From positions 1 to 35,437 of the forward strand of contig CAWJJC010000029.1 in NCBI GenBank assembly GCA_963843145.1: a DNA stretch of 35,437 nt, given 5' to 3'. Below the pieces are notes generated by a model that did no database searches, was not told the DNA's origin, and worked only from the letters and a program-made list of their open reading frames with translations. This DNA comes from an uncultured delta proteobacterium (GTDB lineage Bacteria; Desulfobacterota; RBG-13-43-22). Made by a program: the position numbers and the translations under genes. Shown here one piece after another: positions 8,948 to 18,447 of this stretch; positions within the stretch are counted from its first letter, which is position 1; the number at the start of each line of letters is the position of its first letter.

Positions 8948-9877
8948 TTATCCGTTTTCGAGGGTTTTGTATCTAATTCCCTGATACCACCCCTTTTTTT
9001 CTAACAAGGTCCGGATCAGCTCCAGGGTTTTTTTCTTTTCCAGCGCCCAGCTTGGCGCCACCAGTTCCCCGGGATTCGGATCCCCGGTCAGGCGCTGAAT
9101 AATCCAGTCCGGGGGGATGTGCTCCAAGAATTGGCAGGCCCAGTCCGCATATTGGCCCTGAGTCAGCGGCCGATAACGACCATCCCGGTACCAGGCCTCC
9201 AGCCCCGTGCCCTGGTTGATGTAGAGCGAATGAATTTTAAGGCCCTGAATATCCAGCCCGGATAAGCGGCGGGCCGTTTCCAGAACCTCTGGAAGCCCTT
9301 CCCCGGGCAGTCCCAGAATCACATGGACACAAAGATTCAGCCCCCTTTTCCGGGTTTCTAAAACGGCCTGTTCGAATTCTTCCCCCGTATGGCCCCGATT
9401 GATCCGTCGCAGCGTCTCCGGATGAAAGGATTGAAGACCGTATTCCATCCAGACCAAATGCGTCCTTTGATAGGACGACAGAAGATCCAGGACCTCCGAG
9501 TTAACACAGTCGGGGCGGGTCCCCACGGCCAGGCCCACCACTCCTTCCTGGTCCAAGGCCTCCCGATACAATTTTTCGAGGAGGTCCAGCGGGGCGTAGG
9601 TATTGGAAAAGGACTGAAAATAAGCGATGAACTTCTTGGCCCCATAGCGTTTTCCAAAAAAATCCTTCCCCTGACGAAGCTGGTCGGTTATGGAGGGCAG
9701 CCGGGCAGACGCTCCGGTCCCCGAGCCCCGGGCATCGCAGTAAAGGCATCCTCCGATCCCCTTGCTCCCGTCACGGTTCGGACAGGTTAGCCCGGCATCC
9801 AGAGGGATCTTCTGCACCCGGCAGCCGAACATTTTTTTCAAATAGGCGGAATACTCGTTATAAAGCGCGGGAGCCAA
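8948..9877 (-). CDS. radical SAM protein, TIGR01212/YhcC family
   Basis: DAGLTCPNRDG..G.GGCLYC, YFQSFSNTY, GTRPDC, EYGLQS, HVILGLPGE and QRLTGD. Confidence 0.92.
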   Translation of the reverse strand: MAPALYNEYSAYLKKMFGCRVQKIPLDAGLTCPNRDGSKGIGGCLYCDARGSGTGASARLPSITDQLRQGKDFFGKRYGAKKFIAYFQSFSNTYAPLDLLEKLYREALDQEGVVGLAVGTRPDCVNSEVLDLLSSYQRTHLVWMEYGLQSFHPETLRRINRGHTGEEFEQAVLETRKRGLNLCVHVILGLPGEGLPEVLETARRLSGLDIQGLKIHSLYINQGTGLEAWYRDGRYRPLTQGQYADWACQFLEHIPPDWIIQRLTGDPNPGELVAPSWALEKKKTLELIRTLLEKKGWYQGIRYKTLENG

Positions 9878-9918
9878 GGGCCTTACTCAATTCTCTTTCG
9901 GGTATTTTTCCATTGAAC

Positions 9919-9946
9919 CCTTTATCCTTTGCCCTTATGCCTTTGG
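9919..9946 (+). repeat. degenerate heptamer tandem repeat (CCTTnnn x4)
   Basis: CCTTTAT CCTTTGC CCTTATG CCTTTGG. Confidence 0.55.
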
Positions 9947-9985
9947 TCCAGTCCCTCCATGTTCTCATCCCTTCAGCGCGTTTTA

Positions 9986-10014
9986 TTGACTACCCGGTTA
10001 GACTTTGGTAAGTT
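9986..10014 (+). promoter_or_regulatory. putative sigma70 promoter for the dksA-like gene
   Basis: TTGACT-N17-TAAGTT with TG at the extended -10 position. Confidence 0.4.
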
Positions 10015-10068
10015 TGATATTAAATCTCTCTAGTGGTTCTTTTCAATAAAAATTTATGGAGGGCGACC

Positions 10069-10473
10069 ATGAATGAGCAAGACCTGTCCCGCTTGCGGAA
10101 CCAACTCTTATTGAAACGCAAGGAAATTTTCGATCAGGTACGCGGTTTGGAATCCGGACTGCAGGATTTACAGGAACCTCAAGTTGAAATGGAAGAACAA
10201 GCCCAGAAGGCCGAACGGGCCGATCTTTTTAATCAACTGGGTTCGCGGGAGCGGGGAGAAATCGAAGCCCTGGAATTGGCTCTAAGAAAAATGGAGGTTG
10301 GCAAGTACGGACTTTGCGAGGAATGCGGCCAATCCATCCCGCTCAAGCGGCTGCAGGCCATACCTTGGACCCGACTCTGCCGACCGGACGCCGAAGAATT
10401 TGAAAAAACCGGACAAAGTTTGACGGATGCCCGGGATGTGGATCTCTCTGATTTGCCCGGTTCAGAAAAGTGA
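10069..10473 (+). CDS. TraR/DksA family transcriptional regulator
   Basis: Coiled coil, then ALRKMEVGKYGLCEECGQSIPLKRLQAIPWTRLC; GGAGG RBS before ATG 10069. Confidence 0.88.
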   Translation: MNEQDLSRLRNQLLLKRKEIFDQVRGLESGLQDLQEPQVEMEEQAQKAERADLFNQLGSRERGEIEALELALRKMEVGKYGLCEECGQSIPLKRLQAIPWTRLCRPDAEEFEKTGQSLTDARDVDLSDLPGSEK

Positions 10474-10483
10474 AAATCAAATT

Positions 10484-11329
10484 ATGACCCTGACCAGTCC
10501 TTTTGGGAAAACCGGCCGGACCGTAACCCGGGTAGGGTTGGGCGGCGAGGGGGTCCTCCGGACCCACGGCCGGACTCCGCAGGCTCAGGCCGTGATTCAG
10601 GAGGCCTTGGACCAGGGGATCACCTATTTTGACTCGGCCCGGGCCTATGCCGGAAGCGAAAAGTACTATGGGACCGTCTGGCCAAGCCTCCCTCAGGTTC
10701 GGGAGAAAGTATTTCAAACCAGCAAATCAGCCAGCCGGGATAGAAAGGGGGCTTGGCAGGATTTACAGCAAACCCTGTCCAATCTGGGGACCTCCTACCT
10801 GGATCTCTGGCAGATCCACGATGTCCGGACCGAGGGGGATTTAAAACAAATTGAATCTCCGGGCGGGGCTTTGGAGGCTTTCCTGGAGGCCCGGGCTCAG
10901 GGGTTGATCCGCTTCATCGGCGTCACCGGCCACCACGATCCCTCCGTTCTGACCCGGGCCGTCAGCAACTGGCCGGTGGACGCGGTCCTCCTGCCGGTCA
11001 ATCCGGTGGAGGGGGTTCTGGGCGGCTTTCTGGATTCGACCCTGGCCGCCGCCAGGGAGAAAGGGCTGGCCGTAATCGGTATGAAAGTCCTGGGGGCCGG
11101 GTATTATCTCCAACCCGGTCTGGAGGTCAGCGCCGAGGAATTAATCCGTTATGCCCTCTCCCAGAATATCACCGTGGCCATCGTCGGTTGTTCCACTCCG
11201 GATGAGGTCCAGACCCTGGCTGCTGCCGGTCGGGATTTCGAGCCCCTTTCTCCGAGTGAACAGGAAAACTTGACTCAGCGCTTTGCCCCCTATGCCCGCC
11301 AATTGGCCTATTACCGCGGCGTGATTTAA
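10484..11329 (+). CDS. aldo/keto reductase
   Basis: FGKTGRTVTRVGLG, GITYFDSARAY, YLDLWQIH, IRFIGVTGH and IGMKVLG. Confidence 0.9.
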   Translation: MTLTSPFGKTGRTVTRVGLGGEGVLRTHGRTPQAQAVIQEALDQGITYFDSARAYAGSEKYYGTVWPSLPQVREKVFQTSKSASRDRKGAWQDLQQTLSNLGTSYLDLWQIHDVRTEGDLKQIESPGGALEAFLEARAQGLIRFIGVTGHHDPSVLTRAVSNWPVDAVLLPVNPVEGVLGGFLDSTLAAAREKGLAVIGMKVLGAGYYLQPGLEVSAEELIRYALSQNITVAIVGCSTPDEVQTLAAAGRDFEPLSPSEQENLTQRFAPYARQLAYYRGVI

Positions 11330-11360
11330 TGCGGAAGCAACCAGAGGAACATAACGCGGG

Positions 11361-11712
11361 ATGATTGGCCAACCAGTAGGCCCCCTTCGATTTATTCCAG
11401 GTGAAAACCGGGGGCGTTATCCCTATTGCAACCCGGTCTATATCGAAGAAGCCGGAATCCTGATCGATCCGGGCTCGGATCGAAAAGCCTTGATTAAGCT
11501 GCGGGATACCAGGCCCGTCCGCCAGATCTGGCTCAGCCACTGGCATGTGGATGGAGAAATCATCGATCTGGGTTCCTTGACCGTCGAAGTCCTCCCTACC
11601 CCGGGCCTTTTTCGAGTTCGGGGAAAGGGCCATTATGAAAAAGCATCTGGATTGGCTTGCAAAAAAAGAACGGATCGTTCAAGATGCAGACAGGTATTGC
11701 TTAATAAAATAG
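11361..11712 (+). pseudogene. MBL-fold metallo-hydrolase remnant with internal deletions
   Basis: GRYPYCN...ILIDPG...WLSHWH joins directly to DGEIIDLG...PTPG (HxHxDH and TPGH both cut short); another frame then gives AFFEFGERAIMKKHLDWL...* ending at 11712. Confidence 0.7.
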
Positions 11713-11722
11713 GAGGTCGGTT

Positions 11723-12214
11723 ATGGAAAAAAAAATGACCAATGTCGCCCGTTGGGTTCCCTGTTCGGTGGTGCTGCTGAGTGTTGCCGGCAAAAAGAAA
11801 AAAGATGCTATGACCGCTACCTGCATGTTCGTTTCCGAGGACCCGGCCTATTTTGTGGTCAGCGTGGCCAAGTCCTCCACCACCTATCAGTTGATCGAAG
11901 AATCAGCGGAATTTGTCCTGAATATCGCCTCCGCCGGCCAGGTCAAACTGGCCAAGGCCCTGGGTGCGACGCATGGCAGCCGGGTCGATAAATTCGCCAA
12001 GTTTAAAATCGGCCTGGAGAAATCAAGAGTCATCGCCTCGCCGGGCATCAAGGGTTCTTACGCCTTTCTCGAATGCCGGGTGGTCACCTCCTATCCGGTC
12101 GGGAAATATGTCATCTATTTGGCCGAGGCGGTCGATTACCGGGTGGATGAAAAAGCCGTTCCCCTGGCCTGGTTGTCCAACCGCTACTTCACGATTAAAG
12201 ACCCGGTGGGGTAA
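11723..12214 (+). CDS. flavin reductase family protein
   Basis: AMTAT...VSEDP...VSVAKSSTTYQLIEESAEFVLNI, DKF and FLECRV; AGGAGG RBS. Confidence 0.88.
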   Translation: MEKKMTNVARWVPCSVVLLSVAGKKKKDAMTATCMFVSEDPAYFVVSVAKSSTTYQLIEESAEFVLNIASAGQVKLAKALGATHGSRVDKFAKFKIGLEKSRVIASPGIKGSYAFLECRVVTSYPVGKYVIYLAEAVDYRVDEKAVPLAWLSNRYFTIKDPVG

Positions 12215-12311
12215 GGCGGAGCGCGAAGCGTTGGGTGCCGAGCGCAATCAAGGCACATACTAGTTCCTTGGGGGTTTAACGAAAATAGACTCTATGACCT
12301 GGAAAAAGGCC

Positions 12312-12357
12312 AATAATCAATAGTCAATTGATAATGAACAATTGATTATTGATTATT
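12312..12357. repeat. AT-rich inverted repeat with 7-bp periodicity
   Basis: AATAATCAATAGTCAATTG-N8-CAATTGATTATTGATTATT; the arms pair at 18 of 19 positions. Confidence 0.75.
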
Positions 12358-12466
12358 AATATCATGCGGTTAGAGAGTTGTCTCGGCCCTATTATTTTTA
12401 TGCCTTGGGGTGCCCCCCCCGAGCATGCGGGTTTAATACGAACATAGCACTGACCTTCCGCTTGTT

Positions 12467-13390
12467 GTGAAAGGCTTCCTTTTGATTTTCGATAAAACCG
12501 GCGAAGTGGCCCCGGGCTTTTACGTCATCGGGGCCAGTGAAGTCCCTTCCTATCTCCTGGACGGCGACCGGCCGGTTCTGTTCGATGCCGGCTTCAGCGT
12601 CTTGGGCCCTCTCTATGAACAGGCCATCCGGAAAATCCTGGGGGGGAGAAGCCCGAAAATCCTTTTCCTGACCCATGTCCACTTCGACCACTGCGGGGCC
12701 GCGGCTTATCTAAAAAAGGCCTTCCCCGGGTTGCTCATTGCCGCTTCCCAACGGGCGGCCGAGATTGTCCGGCGTCCTAACGCTCGGAAGCTGATGGCCG
12801 ACTTAAATGATTCGGCGGCGGACACGGTCAACCGCTGGAAACCGGAACTGCGCCTGGGCGGACCCTTTCAGCCCTTCGAGGTGGATCGGGTCCTGGTGGA
12901 TGGAGAGCGGATAGAACTGGGGCCGGGGCTTTCCGTCCAGGTGATGGCCACGCCAGGGCATACCTGGGATTTTCTGAGCTACTACATCCCGGAACGAAAG
13001 ATCTTGATTGCTTCCGAAGCGGTGGGCTGCGCCGATACCACGGGGTATGTGGTCACCGAATTTTTAGTGGACTATGAGGTCTATTTAAAATCCCTGACCC
13101 GGCTGGCGGCCCTCAAGGTGGACACCCTTTGCCAAGGCCACCGCCTGGTTTACACCGGGTCGGAGGTGGCGGATTATTTTAAACGGTCGCTCCGGACGGC
13201 TCCTCAATTCAAAAATCAAGTAGTTGATCTGCTGACCCGGGAGGACGGGGATATCCGGCGGGTAGTCGAATGGATCAAAGCCGATGAATATGACTCCCGG
13301 CCTGAACCCAAACAGCCGGAGCCGGCCTACCGAATCAACCTGGAGGCCCGGGTGCGCCACCTGGCCCAGAAATTAGCTACCAGGTCTTAA
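12467..13390 (+). CDS. MBL-fold metallo-hydrolase
   Basis: LFDAG, LTHVHFDHCG, TPGHT and CQGH. Confidence 0.9.
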   Translation: MKGFLLIFDKTGEVAPGFYVIGASEVPSYLLDGDRPVLFDAGFSVLGPLYEQAIRKILGGRSPKILFLTHVHFDHCGAAAYLKKAFPGLLIAASQRAAEIVRRPNARKLMADLNDSAADTVNRWKPELRLGGPFQPFEVDRVLVDGERIELGPGLSVQVMATPGHTWDFLSYYIPERKILIASEAVGCADTTGYVVTEFLVDYEVYLKSLTRLAALKVDTLCQGHRLVYTGSEVADYFKRSLRTAPQFKNQVVDLLTREDGDIRRVVEWIKADEYDSRPEPKQPEPAYRINLEARVRHLAQKLATRS

Positions 13391-13736
13391 TGATCTTCCG
13401 CCCTTCCCGCAGCTCTCCCCGGATCTTCTCCATATGCCGCAAGGAGGCGATTTCCCGCTCCAGGTCGGCCGGCTTGATCTGAAACCGTTCGGAAATCTGC
13501 CGAGGTTCAACGCCGCCGGTCTCCTGTAAGTATTCCACAATTTGTTTTTGCAAGGGACTGAGGACCGGTGCGGCCCCCCCGGCCTGGGCAAATGATTTGG
13601 CGCTGTGCACCGCCCAGGGATCGCAAGTCTTGGCCGGCGACAGGGCATCCATGTAGCAGTCTTCACAGAGGACCCGGCCGGCGTATTCCCTCTCCTCCCC
13701 TGATTCGATGGGGTCTTGACAACGTGCGCATTCCAT
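13377..13736 (-). CDS. hypothetical protein with N-terminal C4 zinc finger and C-terminal winged-HTH-like region
   Basis: CARC...LCEDCYMD, CDPWAV, then LSPLQKQIVEYLQETGG...LEREIASLRHMEKI. Confidence 0.7.
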   Translation of the reverse strand: MECARCQDPIESGEEREYAGRVLCEDCYMDALSPAKTCDPWAVHSAKSFAQAGGAAPVLSPLQKQIVEYLQETGGVEPRQISERFQIKPADLEREIASLRHMEKIRGELREGRKIIKTW

Positions 13737-13909
13737 AGCAACCTCTCCATTTTTTCTGAAGCGATTATATCATAAAGTAAGTCCGTTCGCCGGATAAATT
13801 CGTCTTCAAATTTTTACAGTTGTCCGGATAGGAGATAAGCATTATAATGATAGATTAAAAGCACAAAAAGATTTTTTGTACAAATTAAACATTACCAAAG
13901 GACGTTCCA

Positions 13910-14437
13910 ATGCAAGAATCGATTTTAAAAGGAAAAGTGATTTTGACAGTAGATGATGAACCGGACGTTTTAGAAATCTTAAAAGAAGATATTACGGAAG
14001 TCTGTGGGGGCTGCATCCTCCATCAGGCGAGCACCTATGAATCGGCCCTCGACCATCTGCGATCCTACACCTATGATCTGGTGGTCCTGGATATCATGGG
14101 GGTCCGGGGTTTCGATCTGCTTCAAGAGGCCGTGGTCAGGGGATTCCCAATCGCCATGCTTACGGCCCATGCCTTGTCTCCCGAAGCCATAAAGCGTTCC
14201 ATCGAAATGGGCGCCCGGGCCTATCTGCCCAAGGAAAAGCTCAGTGAAATTGTCCCCTTCCTGGAAGACGTCCTCCGCTACGAATCAGCCCCCGGTTGGA
14301 AACGCCTTTTTGAAAAGTTGGGGGGATTTTTCAACACCCGTTTCGGAGCCGGCTGGCAGAAAGCGGATGAATCTTTTTGGAAAGAGTTTCAGCAAAAGCT
14401 GGAATCCAATCAGCCGGTTATCCTGCCTAAACCCTAG
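13910..14437 (+). CDS. stand-alone response regulator (receiver domain)
   Basis: ILTVDDE, VVLDIMGVRG, MLTAH and GARAYLPK. Confidence 0.9.
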   Translation: MQESILKGKVILTVDDEPDVLEILKEDITEVCGGCILHQASTYESALDHLRSYTYDLVVLDIMGVRGFDLLQEAVVRGFPIAMLTAHALSPEAIKRSIEMGARAYLPKEKLSEIVPFLEDVLRYESAPGWKRLFEKLGGFFNTRFGAGWQKADESFWKEFQQKLESNQPVILPKP

Positions 14438-14458
14438 CCAACCCGGAAGGATCTGGCT

Positions 14459-15946
14459 GTGAAGGATGAATGGACCGGTTGTGACGCCCTAGAATTAGGA
14501 ACGCTGATCCGTAAAGGTGATATCAATCCCCTGGATCTTCTGGAGATCACCATCGAACGGATCGAGCGAGTCAACCCTCGGCTCAACGCCGTGATCCACA
14601 AACTCTACGACCAGGCCCGGTCCGAGGCGGAGCAGTGGTCGGCTAAAATCCAGGCCGGGAAAACAGGGATTGCCGTTTTCGCCGGCGTCCCTTTCCTGTT
14701 AAAGGACCTGATTGCCGAATACGCAGGCACGCCTTTCCAGGAAGGGTCACGCGCGGTCCGGGGATATATCTCCCGGCAGGATAGCGAACTGGTCGGACGC
14801 CTGCGGGCCGGGGGATTGGTCATCGTCGGCAAGACAAACACTCCCGAATTCGGCTGCCTGCCCACCACCGAGCCGTTATTGCATGGGCCGACCCATAACC
14901 CCTGGGATCCGGATTTAACCCCCGGCGGTTCCAGCGGCGGGGCGGCCGCGGCCGTGGCGGCAGGAATCGTGCCCTTGGCCCATGGGAATGATGCCGGCGG
15001 GTCCATCCGGATTCCGGCTTCCTGTTGCGGAGTTTTCGGTTTGAAGCCTACTCGGGGACGGAACCCGCTGGGGCCTAATTTTTTTGATCTGGGAAGCGGA
15101 TTGGTCCACGAACATGGGCTGACCCGCTCTGTGCGAGACTCGGCCGCCCTGCTGGACCTGACCTCCGGACCGGACCTGGGCGATGCCTACGCCTCCCCCA
15201 TTAGGGAGCGCCCTTTCCGGGAGGAGGTCGGTCGTGTGACCGGACCTTTCAAGATAGGCTTTCTGACCTCGGTCCCGGAGGGCTGGACCTCCCAGACCGA
15301 GTTACACTCGGATTGCCGTGAGGCCCTGCAGGATGCTGTTCGAATTTGCGAAGAACTGGGGCATATCGTCGAAGAAGTCCCCCCGGAAAAACTGGCCTGG
15401 TCGAATTTCGCAGCAGCCTATGGCGGCCTCTTTACCTGCCTGGTGGGCCACATAAAAAAGTACTGGGAGAAAACGCTGGCCAAGGAAATAACCCAGGACC
15501 AGCTCGAACCGCTTACCTGGATATTTTGTCGGGCCGGATTAAAACGCACCGGGAGCGATTATCTGGGGAATTTAGAAGAGCTTCAGCGTTTCACTCGAAA
15601 AGTGGCTCACTGGTATCACGACGGCGATTATGACCTGCTGCTCTCCCCTACCCTGCGGGTTCCCCCGGTCAAGCTCGGTTCTTTTCAATGGTCCGTTGAA
15701 GATCCCAACCGCTGGCTGGAAGCTACCGAGGCCCTGGTGGCCTTCACCCGGATCCAAAACGTAACCGGCCAGCCGGCCATGTCGGTACCCCTCTTCTGGA
15801 ATAAGGAGAATGTTCCCATCGGAGTCCACTTCGCCGGCCGCTTCGGGGATGAGGCGACCCTTTTTCAATTGGCCGGCCAGTTGGAGCAGGCCCGACCCTG
15901 GGCTCGGAGAACACCGGCAATCCATTGCAGCACAATAACGGCTTGA
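14459..15946 (+). CDS. amidase (amidase-signature family)
   Basis: [23 protein letters not shown] and [26 protein letters not shown]. Confidence 0.95.
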   Translation: MKDEWTGCDALELGTLIRKGDINPLDLLEITIERIERVNPRLNAVIHKLYDQARSEAEQWSAKIQAGKTGIAVFAGVPFLLKDLIAEYAGTPFQEGSRAVRGYISRQDSELVGRLRAGGLVIVGKTNTPEFGCLPTTEPLLHGPTHNPWDPDLTPGGSSGGAAAAVAAGIVPLAHGNDAGGSIRIPASCCGVFGLKPTRGRNPLGPNFFDLGSGLVHEHGLTRSVRDSAALLDLTSGPDLGDAYASPIRERPFREEVGRVTGPFKIGFLTSVPEGWTSQTELHSDCREALQDAVRICEELGHIVEEVPPEKLAWSNFAAAYGGLFTCLVGHIKKYWEKTLAKEITQDQLEPLTWIFCRAGLKRTGSDYLGNLEELQRFTRKVAHWYHDGDYDLLLSPTLRVPPVKLGSFQWSVEDPNRWLEATEALVAFTRIQNVTGQPAMSVPLFWNKENVPIGVHFAGRFGDEATLFQLAGQLEQARPWARRTPAIHCSTITA

Positions 15947-15949
15947 GGA

Positions 15950-16338
15950 AACCATAGAAAGGAGTTACCCGGCCTTCGTCGAATCAGCCAAGCAGTTCGC
16001 GATTTCCTCAAAAACCGACCCGACACGTATCCAACCCGTATTGGATGACAACCTGAAATGCCCACCCTCCGTGGCTTTCGGGGACTTTCAGGCCTGCGAC
16101 CGTTTTGATGTTCGAAAACGCCTTTCTGAAATCAGGGCCCAGGTCCTGGTAGTCACCGGTGAGGATGACCTGCTGACACCCCCTAAGTTTGGGCAATACC
16201 TGGCCGACAAAATCGAAGGAGCCCAGCGAGTTCACATCATGGATGCCGGTCATCTTCTGCCGGCGGAAAAACCGAACGAACTGAACAGGCCATCTTGGAT
16301 TTCTTAGAAGGAGGAAGGGATGAGTCAAGATATTTATG
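15950..16338 (+). pseudogene. alpha/beta hydrolase, C-terminal fragment only
   Basis: GDFQACDRFDVRKRLSEI..VLVVTGEDDLLTPP...DAGHLL..EKP carries the catalytic Asp/His region, but there is no N-terminal half or nucleophile elbow; frameshift near 16288. Confidence 0.7.
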
Positions 16339-16654
16339 AAAGGCTCAGTGTTTTCCTGGATGCCCTGCCGACGGGGTTTCCAGCGACTCCCACCGGGATC
16401 GAGCTGAAGGAAAGGAATGCGACCGGCCGATAGAGACCTGCCTGGGTTTCAGCCAATTTGCGCGTTTCTATATAAACAATAAATGGGGCAGGCAAATTAG
16501 CGTTGAGGAGGCCCTGGGCATTCTCGATCTGGCGGAGGAGACGGGTCTGGTACTTTCGCCCTCGAATACACAGGAATTATCCAATATCTGCTGTTGCTGT
16601 CCCTGTTGCTGCCCGATCCTGAAGACCGTCAAGATGGTCCCCAAGTCCAAGTAG
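16320..16654 (+). pseudogene. 4Fe-4S ferredoxin-type protein remnant (internal deletion, frameshift, early stop)
   Basis: MSQDIYERLSVFLDALPTGFPATPTGIELK is followed in another frame by ECDRPIETCLGF...GRQISVEEALGILDLAEETGLV...NICCCCPCCCPIL...*; not in the supplied ORF track; the usual C-terminal CxxCxxC domain is missing. Confidence 0.7.
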
Positions 16655-16664
16655 GATTTTGAAA

Positions 16665-17237
16665 ATGGATAGGCCAACACAAAAGAACGGATTCGACAAG
16701 TCCCGTGTAATTTCGGATTCCGAAAGGATTCGCCCGAGCGGGGGCTATCGCCAATTGCGTTCCTTCCAAGCCGCGACGCTAATCTACGACGCCACGGTGT
16801 CGTTTTGCGCCCGTTTTCTGGATAAACGCTCGCGCACGGTGGACCAGATGGTGCAGGCCGCTCGTAGCGGAAGGCAGAATATCGCTGAAGGCAGCCGCGC
16901 CTCGGCGACCTCGACCCAGACCGAACTGCGCCTGGTAAATGTCGCCCGGGCCAGCCTTGATGAACTCTTACTCGACTACGAAGATTTTCTGCGCCAGCGC
17001 GGTCTGGGCCAATGGGGGAAAGACGATCCGGAGGCGATAGCGGTCCGGGAGGTGGAGAAAAGGCATCGGACGAATCGGCCCAATCCGACCGATCGGCCCA
17101 AGAAAAACCTTCCCCTTTGCCCGCTTTGCGGCAAATCCCTGGTGGTGCGTACCGCCCGACAGGGTAAACAAGCCGGTTCCCAATTTCTAGGCTGTTCAGG
17201 TTACCCGAATTGCCGGGGAACCCTTCCCCTGGACTGA
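16665..17237 (+). CDS. four-helix-bundle (IVS/Avd-like) protein with C-terminal topoisomerase-type C4 zinc ribbon; probably internally deleted
   Basis: GGYRQLRSFQ, DQMVQAARSGRQNIAEGS, VARASLDELLLDYEDFLRQR, then CPLCG...FLGCSGYPNCRGT. Confidence 0.8.
   Translation: MDRPTQKNGFDKSRVISDSERIRPSGGYRQLRSFQAATLIYDATVSFCARFLDKRSRTVDQMVQAARSGRQNIAEGSRASATSTQTELRLVNVARASLDELLLDYEDFLRQRGLGQWGKDDPEAIAVREVEKRHRTNRPNPTDRPKKNLPLCPLCGKSLVVRTARQGKQAGSQFLGCSGYPNCRGTLPLD
17064..17099 (+). repeat. degenerate 9-bp tandem repeat inside the four-helix-bundle gene
   Basis: CATCGGACG AATCGGCCC AATCCGACC GATCGGCCC; related units occur at 17236-17262. Confidence 0.6.
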
Positions 17238-17263
17238 TTGGTCCACCCTAACCGATCCGTCTG

Positions 17264-18394
17264 ATGCCCTCCGCCCCTCCTCTACCGGCCCAGTTTATCG
17301 ACCGCCCCAACCGTTTTCTAATCCGCTGCCGCCTGGGGGCCAGGATCATCCAGGCTTTTCTACCCAACCCCGGACGACTCCAGGAGCTCCTGCTGCCGGG
17401 GGTCACCGTGTATATTGTCAAAGAACCGTCCTCCCCTACCCGAAAAAACGCCTTTACCGTGTTGGCGGTGGAACGGGAGGGGGTTCCGATCTTCCTCCAT
17501 ACCCATCGGACCAACGAAGTGGCCGGAAATTTGATCGATCAAGGAAAGGTCCCCGGCTGGGAAGGGGCCCGGGTGATCGGCCGGGAGATTCGCATCGATC
17601 ATTCCCGTTTTGACCTCCTGGTGGAACACCGGAAAAATGAATGGCTGGTCGAGGTGAAATCCTGCACCCTGTTCGGGGAGAGAACGGCCATGTTCCCGGA
17701 TGCGGTCACGGAGCGCGGGGCCCGGCATTTGCGGGAATTAGCCGAATTGAGCGACCAGGGACGGAAGACCGCGGTGCTGTTCATCGTCCACTGGCTGAAG
17801 GCGGAATTCTTTCTCCCCGATTATCACACGGATCTGTTTTTCGCCCAAACCTTTCTGGCCTGCCGGAATCGGGTGGAAATCATCCCGCTGGCAGTGGAGT
17901 GGAAACCGGACTTGTCTCTCGGCGATCGGGTAAAGCGATTGGAAATCCCCTGGGAGCTGATTCAAAGGGAGGCCCAGGACCGGGGAAGCTACCTGCTGAT
18001 TCTGAAGCTCAACCGCAAAAGGAATCTGGAATTCGGCCGCCGGCAAAATCGGCAGACTTTCCCGGCCGGTTACTACGTATATGTCGGCTCGGCCATGAAA
18101 AATCTGACCCAGAGATTGGAACGCCACCGCCGCATCCAGAAAAACAAATTTTGGCACATCGATTACCTGAGAGCGGCATCGGAATTCATCGCCGCCTTGC
18201 CGGTCCGTTCCTCGGAAGATTTGGAATGCCAAATGGGCGAACGGATGCGGGCCATCGCCGATTGGGACATCCCCGGCTTCGGCGCCTCGGACTGTGCCTG
18301 TCCGGGGCACTTGTTCGGGATGAAGCGCGATCCCTTGAGTTCCCCGGGTTTTATCGACTTATTGCAGTATTTCAGGATGGATCGATTATTTTAG
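17264..18394 (+). CDS. sfsA: SfsA-family nuclease fused to a DUF123/GIY-YIG (Uri) domain
   Basis: RPNRF, PNPGRLQELL, SRFDL, VEVKSCTL and FPDAVTERGARHLREL; the C-terminal part has GSYLL, GYYVYVGSA, WHIDYL and GFGASDCACPGHL. Confidence 0.88.
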   Translation: MPSAPPLPAQFIDRPNRFLIRCRLGARIIQAFLPNPGRLQELLLPGVTVYIVKEPSSPTRKNAFTVLAVEREGVPIFLHTHRTNEVAGNLIDQGKVPGWEGARVIGREIRIDHSRFDLLVEHRKNEWLVEVKSCTLFGERTAMFPDAVTERGARHLRELAELSDQGRKTAVLFIVHWLKAEFFLPDYHTDLFFAQTFLACRNRVEIIPLAVEWKPDLSLGDRVKRLEIPWELIQREAQDRGSYLLILKLNRKRNLEFGRRQNRQTFPAGYYVYVGSAMKNLTQRLERHRRIQKNKFWHIDYLRAASEFIAALPVRSSEDLECQMGERMRAIADWDIPGFGASDCACPGHLFGMKRDPLSSPGFIDLLQYFRMDRLF

Positions 18395-18447
18395 CCGCTC
18401 CTTCCGCCCATTCTTAATGGCCGGGATTCTTCTATTGACTTAGTCCT

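Noticed and set aside
16659-17237. Diversity-generating retroelement suggested by the Avd-like fold
   Set aside because: No reverse transcriptase and no template/variable repeat pair seen in the window.
17641-18417. 258-aa alternative-frame ORF inside sfsA
   Set aside because: Low-complexity G/R/P-rich translation overlapping a well-supported gene.
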